From positions 20,712-84,711 of the forward strand of contig NZ_DASPLW010000040.1 in the NCBI RefSeq assembly GCF_035627355.1: a stretch of DNA of 64,000 bases, in the 5' to 3' direction. Below the pieces are notes generated by a model. That model was given only the letters and a program-made list of their open reading frames with translations, was not told the origin of the DNA and ran no database searches. This document shows positions 20,543 to 29,720 of this stretch, one piece after another; within the stretch, counting starts at the first letter, position 1; each line of letters begins with the position of its first letter. This stretch comes from Ramlibacter sp. Lineage in GTDB: Bacteria; Pseudomonadota; Gammaproteobacteria; Burkholderiales; Burkholderiaceae_C. The position numbers and the translations under genes were made by a program.

Positions 20543-23413
20543 ATGCGGATGCTGCGGCGCAAGACAGCCGATTTCGGACCGACCGATTCCACACCGATGC
20601 TGGCCGGCCCGGGGCGCGACCGGCCGCCGCGCATCCTGTGGGGCGTGGCCGCCTTCGCGCTGGTGACGGCCGGCATGCTGGCCATGACGCTGGCCTGGTT
20701 CCGCACCGAGGCGCTGCGCTCCGGCGGGGAGCTGACGCAGGCGCTGGCCCACGTGATCGCCGAACAGACCACGCGCAGCCTGGGTGCGGTCGACGTGCGC
20801 ATGCAGCTGGCCGCCCACGAACTGCGGGAGATGGAGGCGGCCGGCCCGCTGGACGAGGAACGCGTGCGCGAGCGGCTGCGGCATTCGCTGGAGGGCGTCC
20901 CGTTCGTGCGCAACCTGTGGGTGGTCGATCCGAAAGGGACCATCCTGTTCTGGTCGATGGCGGGCCACGCCGATTTCTCGGTGGCCGACCGCGAGTACTT
21001 CCGGGCGCACGTCGACCATCCGCAATCCGGCTTCTACGTCGGCCGGGTCGTGCGCAGCCGCGTGACCCGGGAGGGCATCATGGTGGTTTCGCGTGCGGTG
21101 CGCGGCCCCGACGGCCGGGTGCAACGGGTGATGGCCGCCGCCATCGAGCCGCCCCACATCCAGGCCGAGTGGCGGGAACTCGACCTCGCCACCAACGGCG
21201 TGATCGCCCTGTTCCACACCAGTGGCCAGGCGATGATGCGCAGCCCGCCCATGCCCCAGGCCCTCGGCCTGGACTTCTCCAACCTGCCGCTGTTCACGCA
21301 CTACCTGCCCTCCGGGCCGGCCGGCAGCTTCCGCAACCACGGTGTGCTGGACGGGGTCGAACGGCTCTACGCGTGGCGGGTGCTGCCCGCCTATCCCGAG
21401 CTGGTCGTGCTCGCGGGATCGCCGGTGGCCCAGTTGCTGGCCGACTGGCGACGGTTCGCGTGGCTGACCGGGGGCCTGTGGTCGCTGGCCGTGCTGGCCG
21501 CCACCATCCTGGGGCGGCAGCTCCAGCGGCAGGCGCAGCGCCGCCGCCGCATGGAACGGCGCTTCGGCGAACTCGCCCAGGCCATGCCGCAGATCGTCTT
21601 CATCACGAACGCGGCCGGCACGGTGGAATTCGTCAACGAGCGCTGGTTCGAGGCGACCGGCCGTCCCGTGGCTTCCGTGCTGGGCGCGCCCTGGGAGGAA
21701 CTGGCGCACCCCGAGGACAGCCGCCGGGTCGCGCAGGAGCGGGCGGCCGGGGTGCCGGAGGGCCAGCCCGTGCAGGTCGAGATGCGCCTGCGCTATCGCG
21801 ACGGCAGCGACCGCTGGCAGCTGGTGCGGGCGGTGCCGAACCGCAACGAGCACGGCGAGCTGGTGTCGTGGTACGGGACCGCCACCGACGTGCACGACCT
21901 CAAGGTGGCCCAGGAGCAGCTGCAGCGGCAGGCCGACATCCTGCGCATGACCGCGAACCTGGCCCGCCTCGGCTCGTGGACCTTCGACGTCGCCAGCAGG
22001 ACCCTGAGCTGGTCGGACGAAGCCGCGGCCATCCTGGACTTCCCGCCCGACCGGCGCGCCGGCCTGGACGAACTGATCGCCGGCCTCGACGAGCGCGACC
22101 GGGGTCCGTTCGAAGCAGCCGTGCGCCGCACGCTCGAGGACGGCTTGCCCTTCGACGCCGAATTCCGGATGACGACCCCGCGCGGCCGCCGCGTGTACGT
22201 GCACTCGGTGGGCCGGCCGGTGCGCGACGCCGCCGGCGCGGTGGTGCGGGTTGAAGGGGCCACGCAGGACATCGCCCCCCTGATGGACCTGGTGGAGCAG
22301 GTGCGCGAGCTCAATGCCACGCTGGAGCAACGCATCGAGCAGCGCACGCGCGAGCTGCAGCAGCAGGAGGCGCTGTTCCGCACCCTGGCCAGCGAGGCGC
22401 CGCTGCCGATCTGGACCGTGGATCCGCAAGGCCACCTCACCTTCATCAGCCGCGCCTGGTACGACCTGGTGGGCGGTGCCCCGCCCGAGTGGCTGGGGGA
22501 CGACTGGCAGAAGCTGGTCCATCCGGACGACATGGCCGCGTCGACCCAGGAATGGGCGCGGTGCCGCCGGGAGGGCCGCGCCTTCCGGGGCACGCGGCGC
22601 ATCCGCGCCCGCGACGGGACCTACCACACCACCACCTACCAGGCCAGCCCGGTCCGCGGCGACGATGGCCGGATCGCCTTCTGGGTCGGCGTGGACACCG
22701 ACATCACCGACCTGATGGCGCAGGAGACCGCGCTGCGGCTGGCCAACGAGCAGCTGGAGGCCTACTCCTACTCGGTCTCGCACGACCTGCAGTCGCCGCT
22801 GCAGCGCATAGGCGCTTTCGCGCAGCTGCTGCAGCAGGAACTGGCCGGCCAGGAAGGCACGCGCGCCGGGCACTTCCTGCGGCGCATCCGCGCCAACGTC
22901 GAGGAGATGGTCCAGCTGGTGCAGGGGCTGCTGTCGCTGGCACGGGTGACGCAGGCCGAACTGGTGCGCGGCCGGATCGACCTCAGCAGCCTGGCGACGG
23001 AGATCCTGCAGCGCCTGAAGGCCGACGCGCCGGACCGGCAGGTGCACTGGCAGGTGGAGCCCGGCCTGCACGTGACGGGCGACGTGCGGCTGATGCGCTC
23101 GGTCATGGAGAACCTGCTGGGCAACGCCTGGAAGTTCACCTCCGGCACGCCAGAGGCCCGGATCGTCGTCGGCGGCTGCGTGGCGCGCGGCGAGTTCTTC
23201 GTGCGCGACAACGGCGCCGGCTTCGACATGGCCCATGCCGGCAAGCTGTTCGGCCCCTTCCAGCGGCTGCACCGCCAGGACGAGTTCCCCGGCACCGGGA
23301 TCGGCCTGGCCACGGTGGCCCGCGCCATCGCCCGCCACGGCGGGCGCGTGTGGGGCGAGGGCGAGCCCGGCCGCGGCGCGACCCTGTGGTTCACGATGCC
23401 GGTGCCCGGCTGA
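20543..23413 (+). CDS. Sensor histidine kinase (double-Cache-like periplasmic domain, 3 PAS/PAC, HisKA, HATPase_c)
   Basis: Two TM helices flank a ~270-aa periplasmic domain. Three PAS-like blocks. H-box SHDLQSPLQRI. N/G boxes (LLGNAWKFT, DNGAGFD, GTGIGLA). No receiver domain. Confidence 0.9.
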   Translation: MRMLRRKTADFGPTDSTPMLAGPGRDRPPRILWGVAAFALVTAGMLAMTLAWFRTEALRSGGELTQALAHVIAEQTTRSLGAVDVRMQLAAHELREMEAAGPLDEERVRERLRHSLEGVPFVRNLWVVDPKGTILFWSMAGHADFSVADREYFRAHVDHPQSGFYVGRVVRSRVTREGIMVVSRAVRGPDGRVQRVMAAAIEPPHIQAEWRELDLATNGVIALFHTSGQAMMRSPPMPQALGLDFSNLPLFTHYLPSGPAGSFRNHGVLDGVERLYAWRVLPAYPELVVLAGSPVAQLLADWRRFAWLTGGLWSLAVLAATILGRQLQRQAQRRRRMERRFGELAQAMPQIVFITNAAGTVEFVNERWFEATGRPVASVLGAPWEELAHPEDSRRVAQERAAGVPEGQPVQVEMRLRYRDGSDRWQLVRAVPNRNEHGELVSWYGTATDVHDLKVAQEQLQRQADILRMTANLARLGSWTFDVASRTLSWSDEAAAILDFPPDRRAGLDELIAGLDERDRGPFEAAVRRTLEDGLPFDAEFRMTTPRGRRVYVHSVGRPVRDAAGAVVRVEGATQDIAPLMDLVEQVRELNATLEQRIEQRTRELQQQEALFRTLASEAPLPIWTVDPQGHLTFISRAWYDLVGGAPPEWLGDDWQKLVHPDDMAASTQEWARCRREGRAFRGTRRIRARDGTYHTTTYQASPVRGDDGRIAFWVGVDTDITDLMAQETALRLANEQLEAYSYSVSHDLQSPLQRIGAFAQLLQQELAGQEGTRAGHFLRRIRANVEEMVQLVQGLLSLARVTQAELVRGRIDLSSLATEILQRLKADAPDRQVHWQVEPGLHVTGDVRLMRSVMENLLGNAWKFTSGTPEARIVVGGCVARGEFFVRDNGAGFDMAHAGKLFGPFQRLHRQDEFPGTGIGLATVARAIARHGGRVWGEGEPGRGATLWFTMPVPG

Positions 23414-23473
23414 GCCATTCGGGAACCCGCGCCGCAACCGGGACCCCAATCGTCTTTTCCAGGAGTCCCGCGC

Positions 23474-24451
23474 ATGAACCCGTCCGATACCCAGGCCATC
23501 GTCACCCTCAGCCTGATGGCGGCCTTCGCCGACGGCGGCAAGCACGACCGCGAGCGGGAGGAGGTCCGGCGCATCGCCGACGGGCTGGCGCATGCCGATG
23601 CCGTGCACCTGCCCACGCTGGTGCAGGACGTGCTGATGAAGCGCGTGGACATCGCCCAGGCGGCCGCGGCCCTCGGTTCGCCCGAAGCGCGCCAGCTCGC
23701 CTACGAGATGGCCGTGTGCGTGTGCGACGCCGATGGCGTGCAGTCGGTGCCCGAGCAGCAGTTCCTGTCGCAACTGCGGGCGGCGCTGAAGCTGGACGAG
23801 GCCGGCGCCCAGCGGTTCAGCGACGAAGCGCAGGCCATGGCCGCCGCGCCGCTGCAGGGCCCCATGCCCGACGCCGGCGTGCGCGCGGCCGTGTCGCCGG
23901 TGCAGCCGGTGGGCGGGCGGCCTTCGACGCTGCCGGACGCCGAGCTGGACCAGATGATCCTGAACGCCGCCATCACCAACGGCGCACTGGAACTGCTGCC
24001 CGAATCGCTGTCGACCCTGGCCATCATTCCTCTGCAGATGCGGCTGGTGTACCGCATCGGCCAGTCCTACGGCTACGAGCTGGACCAGGGGCACGTCAAG
24101 GACTTCCTGGCCACCCTCGGCGTGGGCCTGACCTCGCAGTACCTGGAGCAGGCCGGCCGCAAGTTGCTGGGCGGGTTGCTCGGCCGGGTCGGCGGCGGCC
24201 TGCTGGGCGGCGTCGGGCGCCAGGCCGTGAGTTCGGGCATGAGCTTCGTGGCGACCTACGCGCTCGGCCATGTGGCGCGGCGCTACTACGCCGGCGGCCG
24301 CACCCTGTCCTCGCAGATGCTCAAGGAGACCTATGCCGGCATCGCCGGCGAAGCGCAGGGCCTGCAGGCGCGCTACCTGCCGCAGATGCAGCAGCAGGCG
24401 CGCACGCTGGACATGGGCAAGGTCATGGCGATGGTGGGCGGCCGGCGCTGA
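23474..24451 (+). CDS. TerB-like N-terminal domain protein with a DUF697-like C-terminal region
   Basis: N-terminus AIVTLSLMAAFADGGKHDREREEVRRIA is TerB-like. C-terminus (LAIIPLQMRLVYRIGQSYGYELD..., Gly-rich hydrophobic stretch) is assigned from recollection only. Confidence 0.55.
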   Translation: MNPSDTQAIVTLSLMAAFADGGKHDREREEVRRIADGLAHADAVHLPTLVQDVLMKRVDIAQAAAALGSPEARQLAYEMAVCVCDADGVQSVPEQQFLSQLRAALKLDEAGAQRFSDEAQAMAAAPLQGPMPDAGVRAAVSPVQPVGGRPSTLPDAELDQMILNAAITNGALELLPESLSTLAIIPLQMRLVYRIGQSYGYELDQGHVKDFLATLGVGLTSQYLEQAGRKLLGGLLGRVGGGLLGGVGRQAVSSGMSFVATYALGHVARRYYAGGRTLSSQMLKETYAGIAGEAQGLQARYLPQMQQQARTLDMGKVMAMVGGRR

Positions 24452-24457
24452 CGGCGC

Positions 24458-25180
24458 TCACGGCGCGCTGGCCAGCGCCTGCCAGCGTTCCTCGCCCAGC
24501 CATTGGCGCAGGACGAGGGCGCCGGGCGGGGTCAGTGTCAGGGCGCGCGTGCCGGGCTTGCGCAGCAGCCAGCCCTGCTGCAGGCAGTGCGAGCAGAGCA
24601 GGGCGCCGAAACGACCGGCCAGGTGCATCCGGCGCTCGCCCCAGTCCAGGCAGGGACGGCACGCCGGGCGGGCGCTGCGGCCATCGCCGCGCAGGGCCTC
24701 CTGCGTCAGGCCCAGCGGCGCCAGCACTTCGGCGGCGCGGTCGGTGACGGTCGCGCTGTCGTCCTCGATCACCACGGCACCGTCCTGCACCAGCCGGTCG
24801 GCCAGCGCCACGGCGATGCCGCCGGCGAGGTGGTCGTAGCAGGTGCGCGCCAGCCGCAGGGCGGCATCGCGCGGCCCGGTGGCCACCCGGCGCGGCGCGA
24901 CAGGGGACTGGGCCGCGAGCTGCAGCATGCCTTCCAGCAGGCGCGCCACCTCGGGCCCGGCCAGGCGGTGGTAGCGATGGCGGCCCTGCCGTTCCACCCG
25001 CAGCAACCCGCCCTCGACCATCAGCGCCAGGTGGCGGCTGGCGGTCGGCGGCGTGATGCGGCTGGCGTCCGCCAGTTCATGCGCCGTCAGGGCCCGGCCG
25101 TCCATCAGCGCCAGCAGCATGCCGGTGCGGGCCGGTTCGCCGACCAGCGCGGCGATGCGGGCGACCTGGTTGGTGTTCAT
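24458..25180 (-). CDS. ArsR family transcriptional regulator with a Cys-rich C-terminal extension
   Basis: MNTNQVARIAALVGEPARTGMLLALMDGRALTAHELA...RHRYHRL wHTH. C-terminus carries CRPC...CSHC. Confidence 0.85.
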   Translation of the reverse strand: MNTNQVARIAALVGEPARTGMLLALMDGRALTAHELADASRITPPTASRHLALMVEGGLLRVERQGRHRYHRLAGPEVARLLEGMLQLAAQSPVAPRRVATGPRDAALRLARTCYDHLAGGIAVALADRLVQDGAVVIEDDSATVTDRAAEVLAPLGLTQEALRGDGRSARPACRPCLDWGERRMHLAGRFGALLCSHCLQQGWLLRKPGTRALTLTPPGALVLRQWLGEERWQALASAP

Positions 25181-25285
25181 GCGTCCTAGTGTGCGGCATC
25201 GCCGTAGCGCATGCTTCGTCCTGCGACGAAGCGTGGATGGGCCTCCGCGCCGCACCATGGCGGCCCACATCGAGACGGGCCCGCC

Positions 25286-25615
25286 ATGACCCTCACCTGC
25301 TTCATCCGCTACCGCATCGACCCGTTCCAGCGCGAGGCCTTCACCGAGTACGCGCGGCAGTGGGGCCGCATCATCCCGCGCTGCGGCGGCCGGCTGATCG
25401 GCTACTTCCTGCCGCACGAGGGCAGCAACGACATCGCCTGGGGCCTCATCGCCTTCGACAGCCTGGCGGCCTACGAGGCCTACCGGGCGCGGCTGAAGGC
25501 GGACCCGGAGGGCCGCGCCAACTTCGAGACGGCGCAGCGCCTGCGCTTCATCCTGCGCGAGGAGCGCAGCTTCTGCGAAGCCGTGCCGGAAGCCTTCCTG
25601 CCGGGCAGCCGCTGA
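25286..25615 (+). CDS. NIPSNAP family protein
   Basis: 109 aa: [27 protein letters not shown]...[12 protein letters not shown]. Confidence 0.75.
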   Translation: MTLTCFIRYRIDPFQREAFTEYARQWGRIIPRCGGRLIGYFLPHEGSNDIAWGLIAFDSLAAYEAYRARLKADPEGRANFETAQRLRFILREERSFCEAVPEAFLPGSR

Positions 25616-25718
25616 GTTCGCGCATGTCGATCCGGCGGGCCCTCGTTCGTCGTGCAACGGGCGGGCCCACGGATTGCCGCGTCCGCCCGTTCCCGAATCG
25701 ACGACCAGGAGACCCACG

Positions 25719-26138
25719 ATGCCCACGATCGACTGCTACATCTTCTTCGACGGCCAGTGCTCGCAGGCCATGCGCTTCTACGAGCAGACGCTCGGCGGGC
25801 GGATGGAGACCTTCATGACCTACGCCCAGTCGCCCGAACCCGACCAGTGCCCGCCCGGTTCGGCCGACCGGATCATGCATGCCTCGCTGGTGCTGGACGG
25901 CGACTGCCGGCTGATGGCCTCGGACTCGCCCGCCGGCCAGCACAAGCCCATGGCCGGGTTCGGCCTGGCGCTGACCTACCCGTCGGCGCAGGAGGCACGA
26001 AAGGTCTTCGAGGCCTTGTGCGCCGGCGGTTCGGTGACCATGCCCATGGGCAAGACCTTCTGGGCCGAAGCCTTCGGCATGTGCACCGACCGGTTCGGTA
26101 CGCCCTGGATGGTGGGCGGCGGCCAGCAGGCCGGTTGA
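25719..26138 (+). CDS. VOC family protein (PhnB-like glyoxalase fold)
   Basis: MPTIDCYIFFDGQCSQAMRFYEQTLGG...IMHASL...FWAEAFGMCTDRFGTPWMV. Confidence 0.8.
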   Translation: MPTIDCYIFFDGQCSQAMRFYEQTLGGRMETFMTYAQSPEPDQCPPGSADRIMHASLVLDGDCRLMASDSPAGQHKPMAGFGLALTYPSAQEARKVFEALCAGGSVTMPMGKTFWAEAFGMCTDRFGTPWMVGGGQQAG

Positions 26139-26143
26139 GCGGC

Positions 26144-26455
26144 TCAGGTGCGCAGCTTGCGGCCGAGCTTCTCCTCGACCGCATCGATCTTGCTGCGCAG
26201 CCGCGACTCGCTGCCCGCGCGCCAGTCCATCTTCAGGTTCATGCCGATGCGCGGGCAGTCGGCCGCCAGCGCCCGGAAGCAGTCGCCGACCACCGCCATC
26301 ACCTCGTCCCACTCGCCCTCGAGGATGGTGCCCATGGCGGTGAGCTGGTAGGTGACGCCGCTGCCGTCGATGATGTCCAGGATGCGGGCCACGTAGGGAC
26401 TGAGGCTCTCGCCCGGCCGGGCGGTGGGCGACATCGCGAATTCGAGGAGGACCAT
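26144..26455 (-). CDS. MTH1187/YkoF family (thiamine-binding-like) protein
   Basis: 103 aa: MVLLEFAMSPT...SPYVARILDIIDGSGVTYQLTAMGTILEGEWDEVM. Confidence 0.8.
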   Translation of the reverse strand: MVLLEFAMSPTARPGESLSPYVARILDIIDGSGVTYQLTAMGTILEGEWDEVMAVVGDCFRALAADCPRIGMNLKMDWRAGSESRLRSKIDAVEEKLGRKLRT

Positions 26456-26597
26456 GTGTTTTCCTTGGGAACAGGTGCGATTCGAATGCGCACCAACCCT
26501 CGGATTCTGGTCATTCCCGCGAAGGCGGGACTCCAGTGCTCCCGCCTCCAGCCTCGCATGCCTTGCCAGGTGGCCAAGGCATGAGAACGGCGTCCCC

Positions 26598-26993
26598 CTA
26601 CTTCTTCCGCCGCCCTCGCGCCGCCTTCTTCGCCTCCGCCGCCCGCGGAACCTGCTCCGCCGCCCGCTCCAGCCACTGCAGCGTCTCGACCTGCGCCATG
26701 AAGCGCCGCAGGTAGTCGGGCGACAGCTCCCCCATCCGCTCCAGCGCGCGCAGCACCAGCGCATGCGAGTTCAGCGGCCCGGCGTTGGCCGGCGTGCGCG
26801 CCACGGCCTGCTGCAGCTGGTCCATGGTGCGATGGCGGTCCCAGGCTTCGCGGAAGCGCCGCGCGCTGGCCAGTTCGTCCGGGTCGGGTGCGTCGGCATC
26901 GCCGCGCCGTGCGGCGCGAAGGCGCCGGATGTACGCGTTCAGTTCCGCCAGCGTGCGCGGCGAATCCGCCGGCCCGGCCGCGGCCTCAGCCAC
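26598..26993 (-). CDS. DUF2894-like protein (fourth gene of the MotAB-like cassette)
   Basis: GTG start overlaps the upstream stop by 8 nt. 131 aa, helical, with a basic tail AAEAKKAARGRRKK. The DUF name is from recollection. Confidence 0.65.
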   Translation of the reverse strand: MAEAAAGPADSPRTLAELNAYIRRLRAARRGDADAPDPDELASARRFREAWDRHRTMDQLQQAVARTPANAGPLNSHALVLRALERMGELSPDYLRRFMAQVETLQWLERAAEQVPRAAEAKKAARGRRKK

Positions 26994-27642
26994 GCGGCGC
27001 CTCCGGCTTGGCCGCCGAGGTGCGCGGCACCGGCGCCATCTCCACCCGCCGGTTCAGTGCGCGTCCCTTCGCCTCGGTGTTCGGCGCCACCGGCTGCTCG
27101 GCGCCGAAGGCGGCGGCGAACACCTGCGAGGAGGGCATGCCGTCCTCGATCAGGGCGCGCGTGACGGTCAGCGCGCGCTGGGCCGACAGCTCCAGGTTGT
27201 CCTCGTAGCGGCGGCTGCCCTGCTGCACCGGCGTGTCGTCGGTGAAGCCGCTGACCATCAGCAGCTCGTTGCGCTCGCCCAGGTACACGCGCAACGGATG
27301 GACCAGGCTCCTGAGCAGCTGCCGCCCCTCGGGCCGCAGCTGGTCGGACCCGAGCGCGAACAGCACGCTGCCGCTGATGCCGATGCGGCCCTCGTTGACG
27401 GTGATGCGGCCGGAGGCCAGCGGCACCGCCAGCGCCTTCTCCAGCGCGATGCGGCGCTGCTCCTCGATGCGGCGCTTCTCGATCTCGGCTTCCAGGCTGG
27501 CTGCCAGGTCCATCTGCCCGACCAGCACGCCGATCAGCACCAGCACGAAGGCGCCCAGCAGGCCCGACATCAGGTCGGCAAACACCGTCCAGGCCGGCGC
27601 GACGTCCGGTGCGGTGGCTTCGTTGTCGTCGACGCCGGTCAT
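26986..27642 (-). CDS. MotB-like protein with an OmpA-type peptidoglycan-binding domain
   Basis: Single TM helix with an Asp (WTVFADLMSGLLGAFVLVLIG). OmpA_C-like motifs (GFTDDTP, NLELSAQRALTV, NRRVEM). ATGA overlap with the upstream gene. Confidence 0.85.
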   Translation of the reverse strand: MTGVDDNEATAPDVAPAWTVFADLMSGLLGAFVLVLIGVLVGQMDLAASLEAEIEKRRIEEQRRIALEKALAVPLASGRITVNEGRIGISGSVLFALGSDQLRPEGRQLLRSLVHPLRVYLGERNELLMVSGFTDDTPVQQGSRRYEDNLELSAQRALTVTRALIEDGMPSSQVFAAAFGAEQPVAPNTEAKGRALNRRVEMAPVPRTSAAKPEAPRG

Positions 27643-29720
27643 TCGGTGCCTATGTCGGCGACTACCGTCGTGGTCCGCGGCTGGCCCTTCAGCTCGCGCA
27701 GGCTGTCGACCATGGATTGCTGCGAGGCGATGCTCAGGTCGATGACCTCGCGCGCCTGCGCCACGTAGTAGGCCAGCTGCTCGTCGCTGCGCTCGGTCGA
27801 CTTGCGCAGCGAGGACTCCACCTGCTGCAGCGTGCCGGTCAACTTGTCGTGGCTGGCCTGGAAGGCTTGCACGCTCTCGCCGAAGGATTCGGCCACGCCG
27901 GCCAGCCGGGCCGCGCCCTCGGCCACCTGCGACCCCATCTCGGCCGCCTGCGCCCCCTGCGCCTCCAGGGCCTGCCCGAAGCGCGATTGCGCCTGCTCCA
28001 GCACCGAGGTCGCGGAGCCGACCAGCGACTCGATGGCGCCGCGCTGATCGCCCGCTGCCTGCTCCAGCGACTGGATCAGCGCGCCCAGCCGCTCCAGCAG
28101 CACGGTGCGCTCCTGCAGCGCCAGGTTGTCGCGCTCGGCCACGCGGCTCATCTCCTCGCGCAGCTGCGAGATCACGCCGGCGGCGGCCTGCGGCACTTCG
28201 GCGGCGGTGTTCAGCAGGCGGGTGAGCGGTGCCTCCAGCGCCGCGCCCAGGGTGGCGAGGTGCCCGGTGACGGCCCCCTGCAGTTCCGACAGCCGCTGCA
28301 CCGCCGCTTCGCCGCGTGCGCTTTCCTCCGCGCGCAGCGTGGACAGGTGCTGGGCCAGCGTGGCCTGCAGCTCGCCCAGGCGCTGCGCGGCCTGCTCGCC
28401 GCGCTGGCTCTCGTCCTGCCGCAGGCCGGCGAGGTGTTGCGCCAGGGTGGCCTGCAGGTCGGCCAGTCGCCCGACGGCCGCTTCACCGCGGCGGCTTTCG
28501 TCCTCGCGCAGCGCGGCCAGTTCGCTGCGCCAGGTCGCCGCCAACTGGTCCATGCGCTCGCCGTGCTCCTGCAGCCAGCGCGCCTCGGCCTCGGCGCGCG
28601 AGCGCACCAGCTCGCCCGACTGCTCCAGCAGCCGCCTGACCTCCTCCAGCGCGAGCTGCGCCTCGCCGCCTGCGCGCTCGGCCACCTGGGTGGCGCGCTG
28701 CTCCAGCGCCGCGGTCCAGGCCTGCAGGCGCTGCTGCTCGGCGGCCGCGAATCGGGTCGACAGGGATTCCGCCTGCGATCGAGCGACCTCGCCCAGGCGC
28801 GCGTGCAGGCCTTGCGCTTCCTGCACCAGCTGCGCCATCGCCGACTGCACGACGGGGCGGATCGCTTCGCCCGTGGCCTGGGTGCTGGCAGCCAGGTTCT
28901 GCTGCAGCGAGGCGGCCACGCTGCGGGCCAGCTCGCCGTAGGCCGCGGTGACCTCGCGCTGCAGTTGCTCCTGCCGTTCCAGCAGCTGCGCATCGAGCTG
29001 CTCGCTGCGCCGTTCGATGCGCTCCAGCAGGGCGTGCAGCGATTCCGCCACCTCGGGCAGCACGCGCGACTGCGCCTGCAGCGCGCGCAGGGATTCCTGC
29101 CGCTGCTGCGCCAGCGAGAAGGGCTGCAGCACGCCGGCGACGGCGGCGTCCAGCCGGCGTGCGGCTTCCAGCCGCTCGCGCCGCGCGATCGCGGACATCA
29201 GCCCCAGCATGGCGGAGGCCGCCACGCCGGCCACCGAGGTGCCGAAGGACAGGCTCAGTCCCCTGATCGGCTCGGCCAGCGCGGCGCGGATGGCCTGCAC
29301 GTCGGTGGAGCCCTGCAGCGCGAACACCGCGCCCTTGAAGGTGACCACCATGCCCAGGAAGGTGCCCAGCATGCCCAGCATGACCAGCAGGCCGACCAGG
29401 TAGGGCGTGAGCGCCGGGCCGGGCAGGGCGCCACGGTGGCCCTCGATGCGCAGCCGCACGGTGTCGCGCAGGGCGGCGGGGACCTGCTGCAGCCAGTCGG
29501 CCAGCGCGGCTGGCGGCGTCGTCAGTCCGTCCAGCGCTGCGCGCAGCGAGCCGGTGGCGACGCGGAACTGGCGCAGCTCGTTGGCGCCGACGACGTAGGC
29601 CGCTGCGATCAGGGCCGTCATGGCCAGCGCCAGCGTGCTGGTGCCGACGAAGCCGGTGGCGACCCAGCCCAGGGCGAGCAGGCCGAGGAGGAAGGCCAGG
29701 AAGAAAAGGCGTTGGCTCAT
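27639..29720 (-). CDS. MotA/ExbB/TolQ-like channel protein with a ~460-aa helical (coiled-coil-like) tail; I recall this repeat type as DUF802
   Basis: 693 aa, four TM helices. Channel signature LVGLLVMLGMLGTFLGMVVTF ... LSLSFGTSVAGVAASAMLGLMSAIA. The remainder is an A/E/Q/R/L-rich helix with 29-aa tandem repeats. Confidence 0.8.
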   Translation of the reverse strand: MSQRLFFLAFLLGLLALGWVATGFVGTSTLALAMTALIAAAYVVGANELRQFRVATGSLRAALDGLTTPPAALADWLQQVPAALRDTVRLRIEGHRGALPGPALTPYLVGLLVMLGMLGTFLGMVVTFKGAVFALQGSTDVQAIRAALAEPIRGLSLSFGTSVAGVAASAMLGLMSAIARRERLEAARRLDAAVAGVLQPFSLAQQRQESLRALQAQSRVLPEVAESLHALLERIERRSEQLDAQLLERQEQLQREVTAAYGELARSVAASLQQNLAASTQATGEAIRPVVQSAMAQLVQEAQGLHARLGEVARSQAESLSTRFAAAEQQRLQAWTAALEQRATQVAERAGGEAQLALEEVRRLLEQSGELVRSRAEAEARWLQEHGERMDQLAATWRSELAALREDESRRGEAAVGRLADLQATLAQHLAGLRQDESQRGEQAAQRLGELQATLAQHLSTLRAEESARGEAAVQRLSELQGAVTGHLATLGAALEAPLTRLLNTAAEVPQAAAGVISQLREEMSRVAERDNLALQERTVLLERLGALIQSLEQAAGDQRGAIESLVGSATSVLEQAQSRFGQALEAQGAQAAEMGSQVAEGAARLAGVAESFGESVQAFQASHDKLTGTLQQVESSLRKSTERSDEQLAYYVAQAREVIDLSIASQQSMVDSLRELKGQPRTTTVVADIGTE
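28251..28511 (-). repeat. Three tandem 87-bp (29-aa) coding repeats inside the MotA-like tail
   Basis: LREDESRRGEAAVGRLADLQATLAQHLAG / LRQDESQRGEQAAQRLGELQATLAQHLST / LRAEESARGEAAVQRLSELQGAVTGHLAT. Confidence 0.7.

Noticed and set aside
18007-20943. 978-aa minus-strand ORF spanning the MATE gene, the hypothetical gene and the kinase 5' end
   Set aside because: It is an out-of-frame overlap with genes that have clear family motifs. The composition is Arg/Pro/Gly/Ala low complexity. It crosses a divergent promoter region.
20474-24271. 1265-aa minus-strand ORF, the longest in the track
   Set aside because: It lies antisense to the well-supported histidine kinase and TerB-like genes. Its product is Arg/Ala/Gly/Pro/His-rich low complexity with no recognisable motif. 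This is a typical shadow ORF of high-GC DNA, where stop codons are rare in antisense frames.
26456-26597. TPP riboswitch upstream of the YkoF/MTH1187-like thiamine-binding-family gene
   Set aside because: I reverse-complemented the leader and found hairpins but none of the conserved THI-box core elements (CUGAGA and the ACCUGAUCUGGAUAAUGCCAGCG-like segment).
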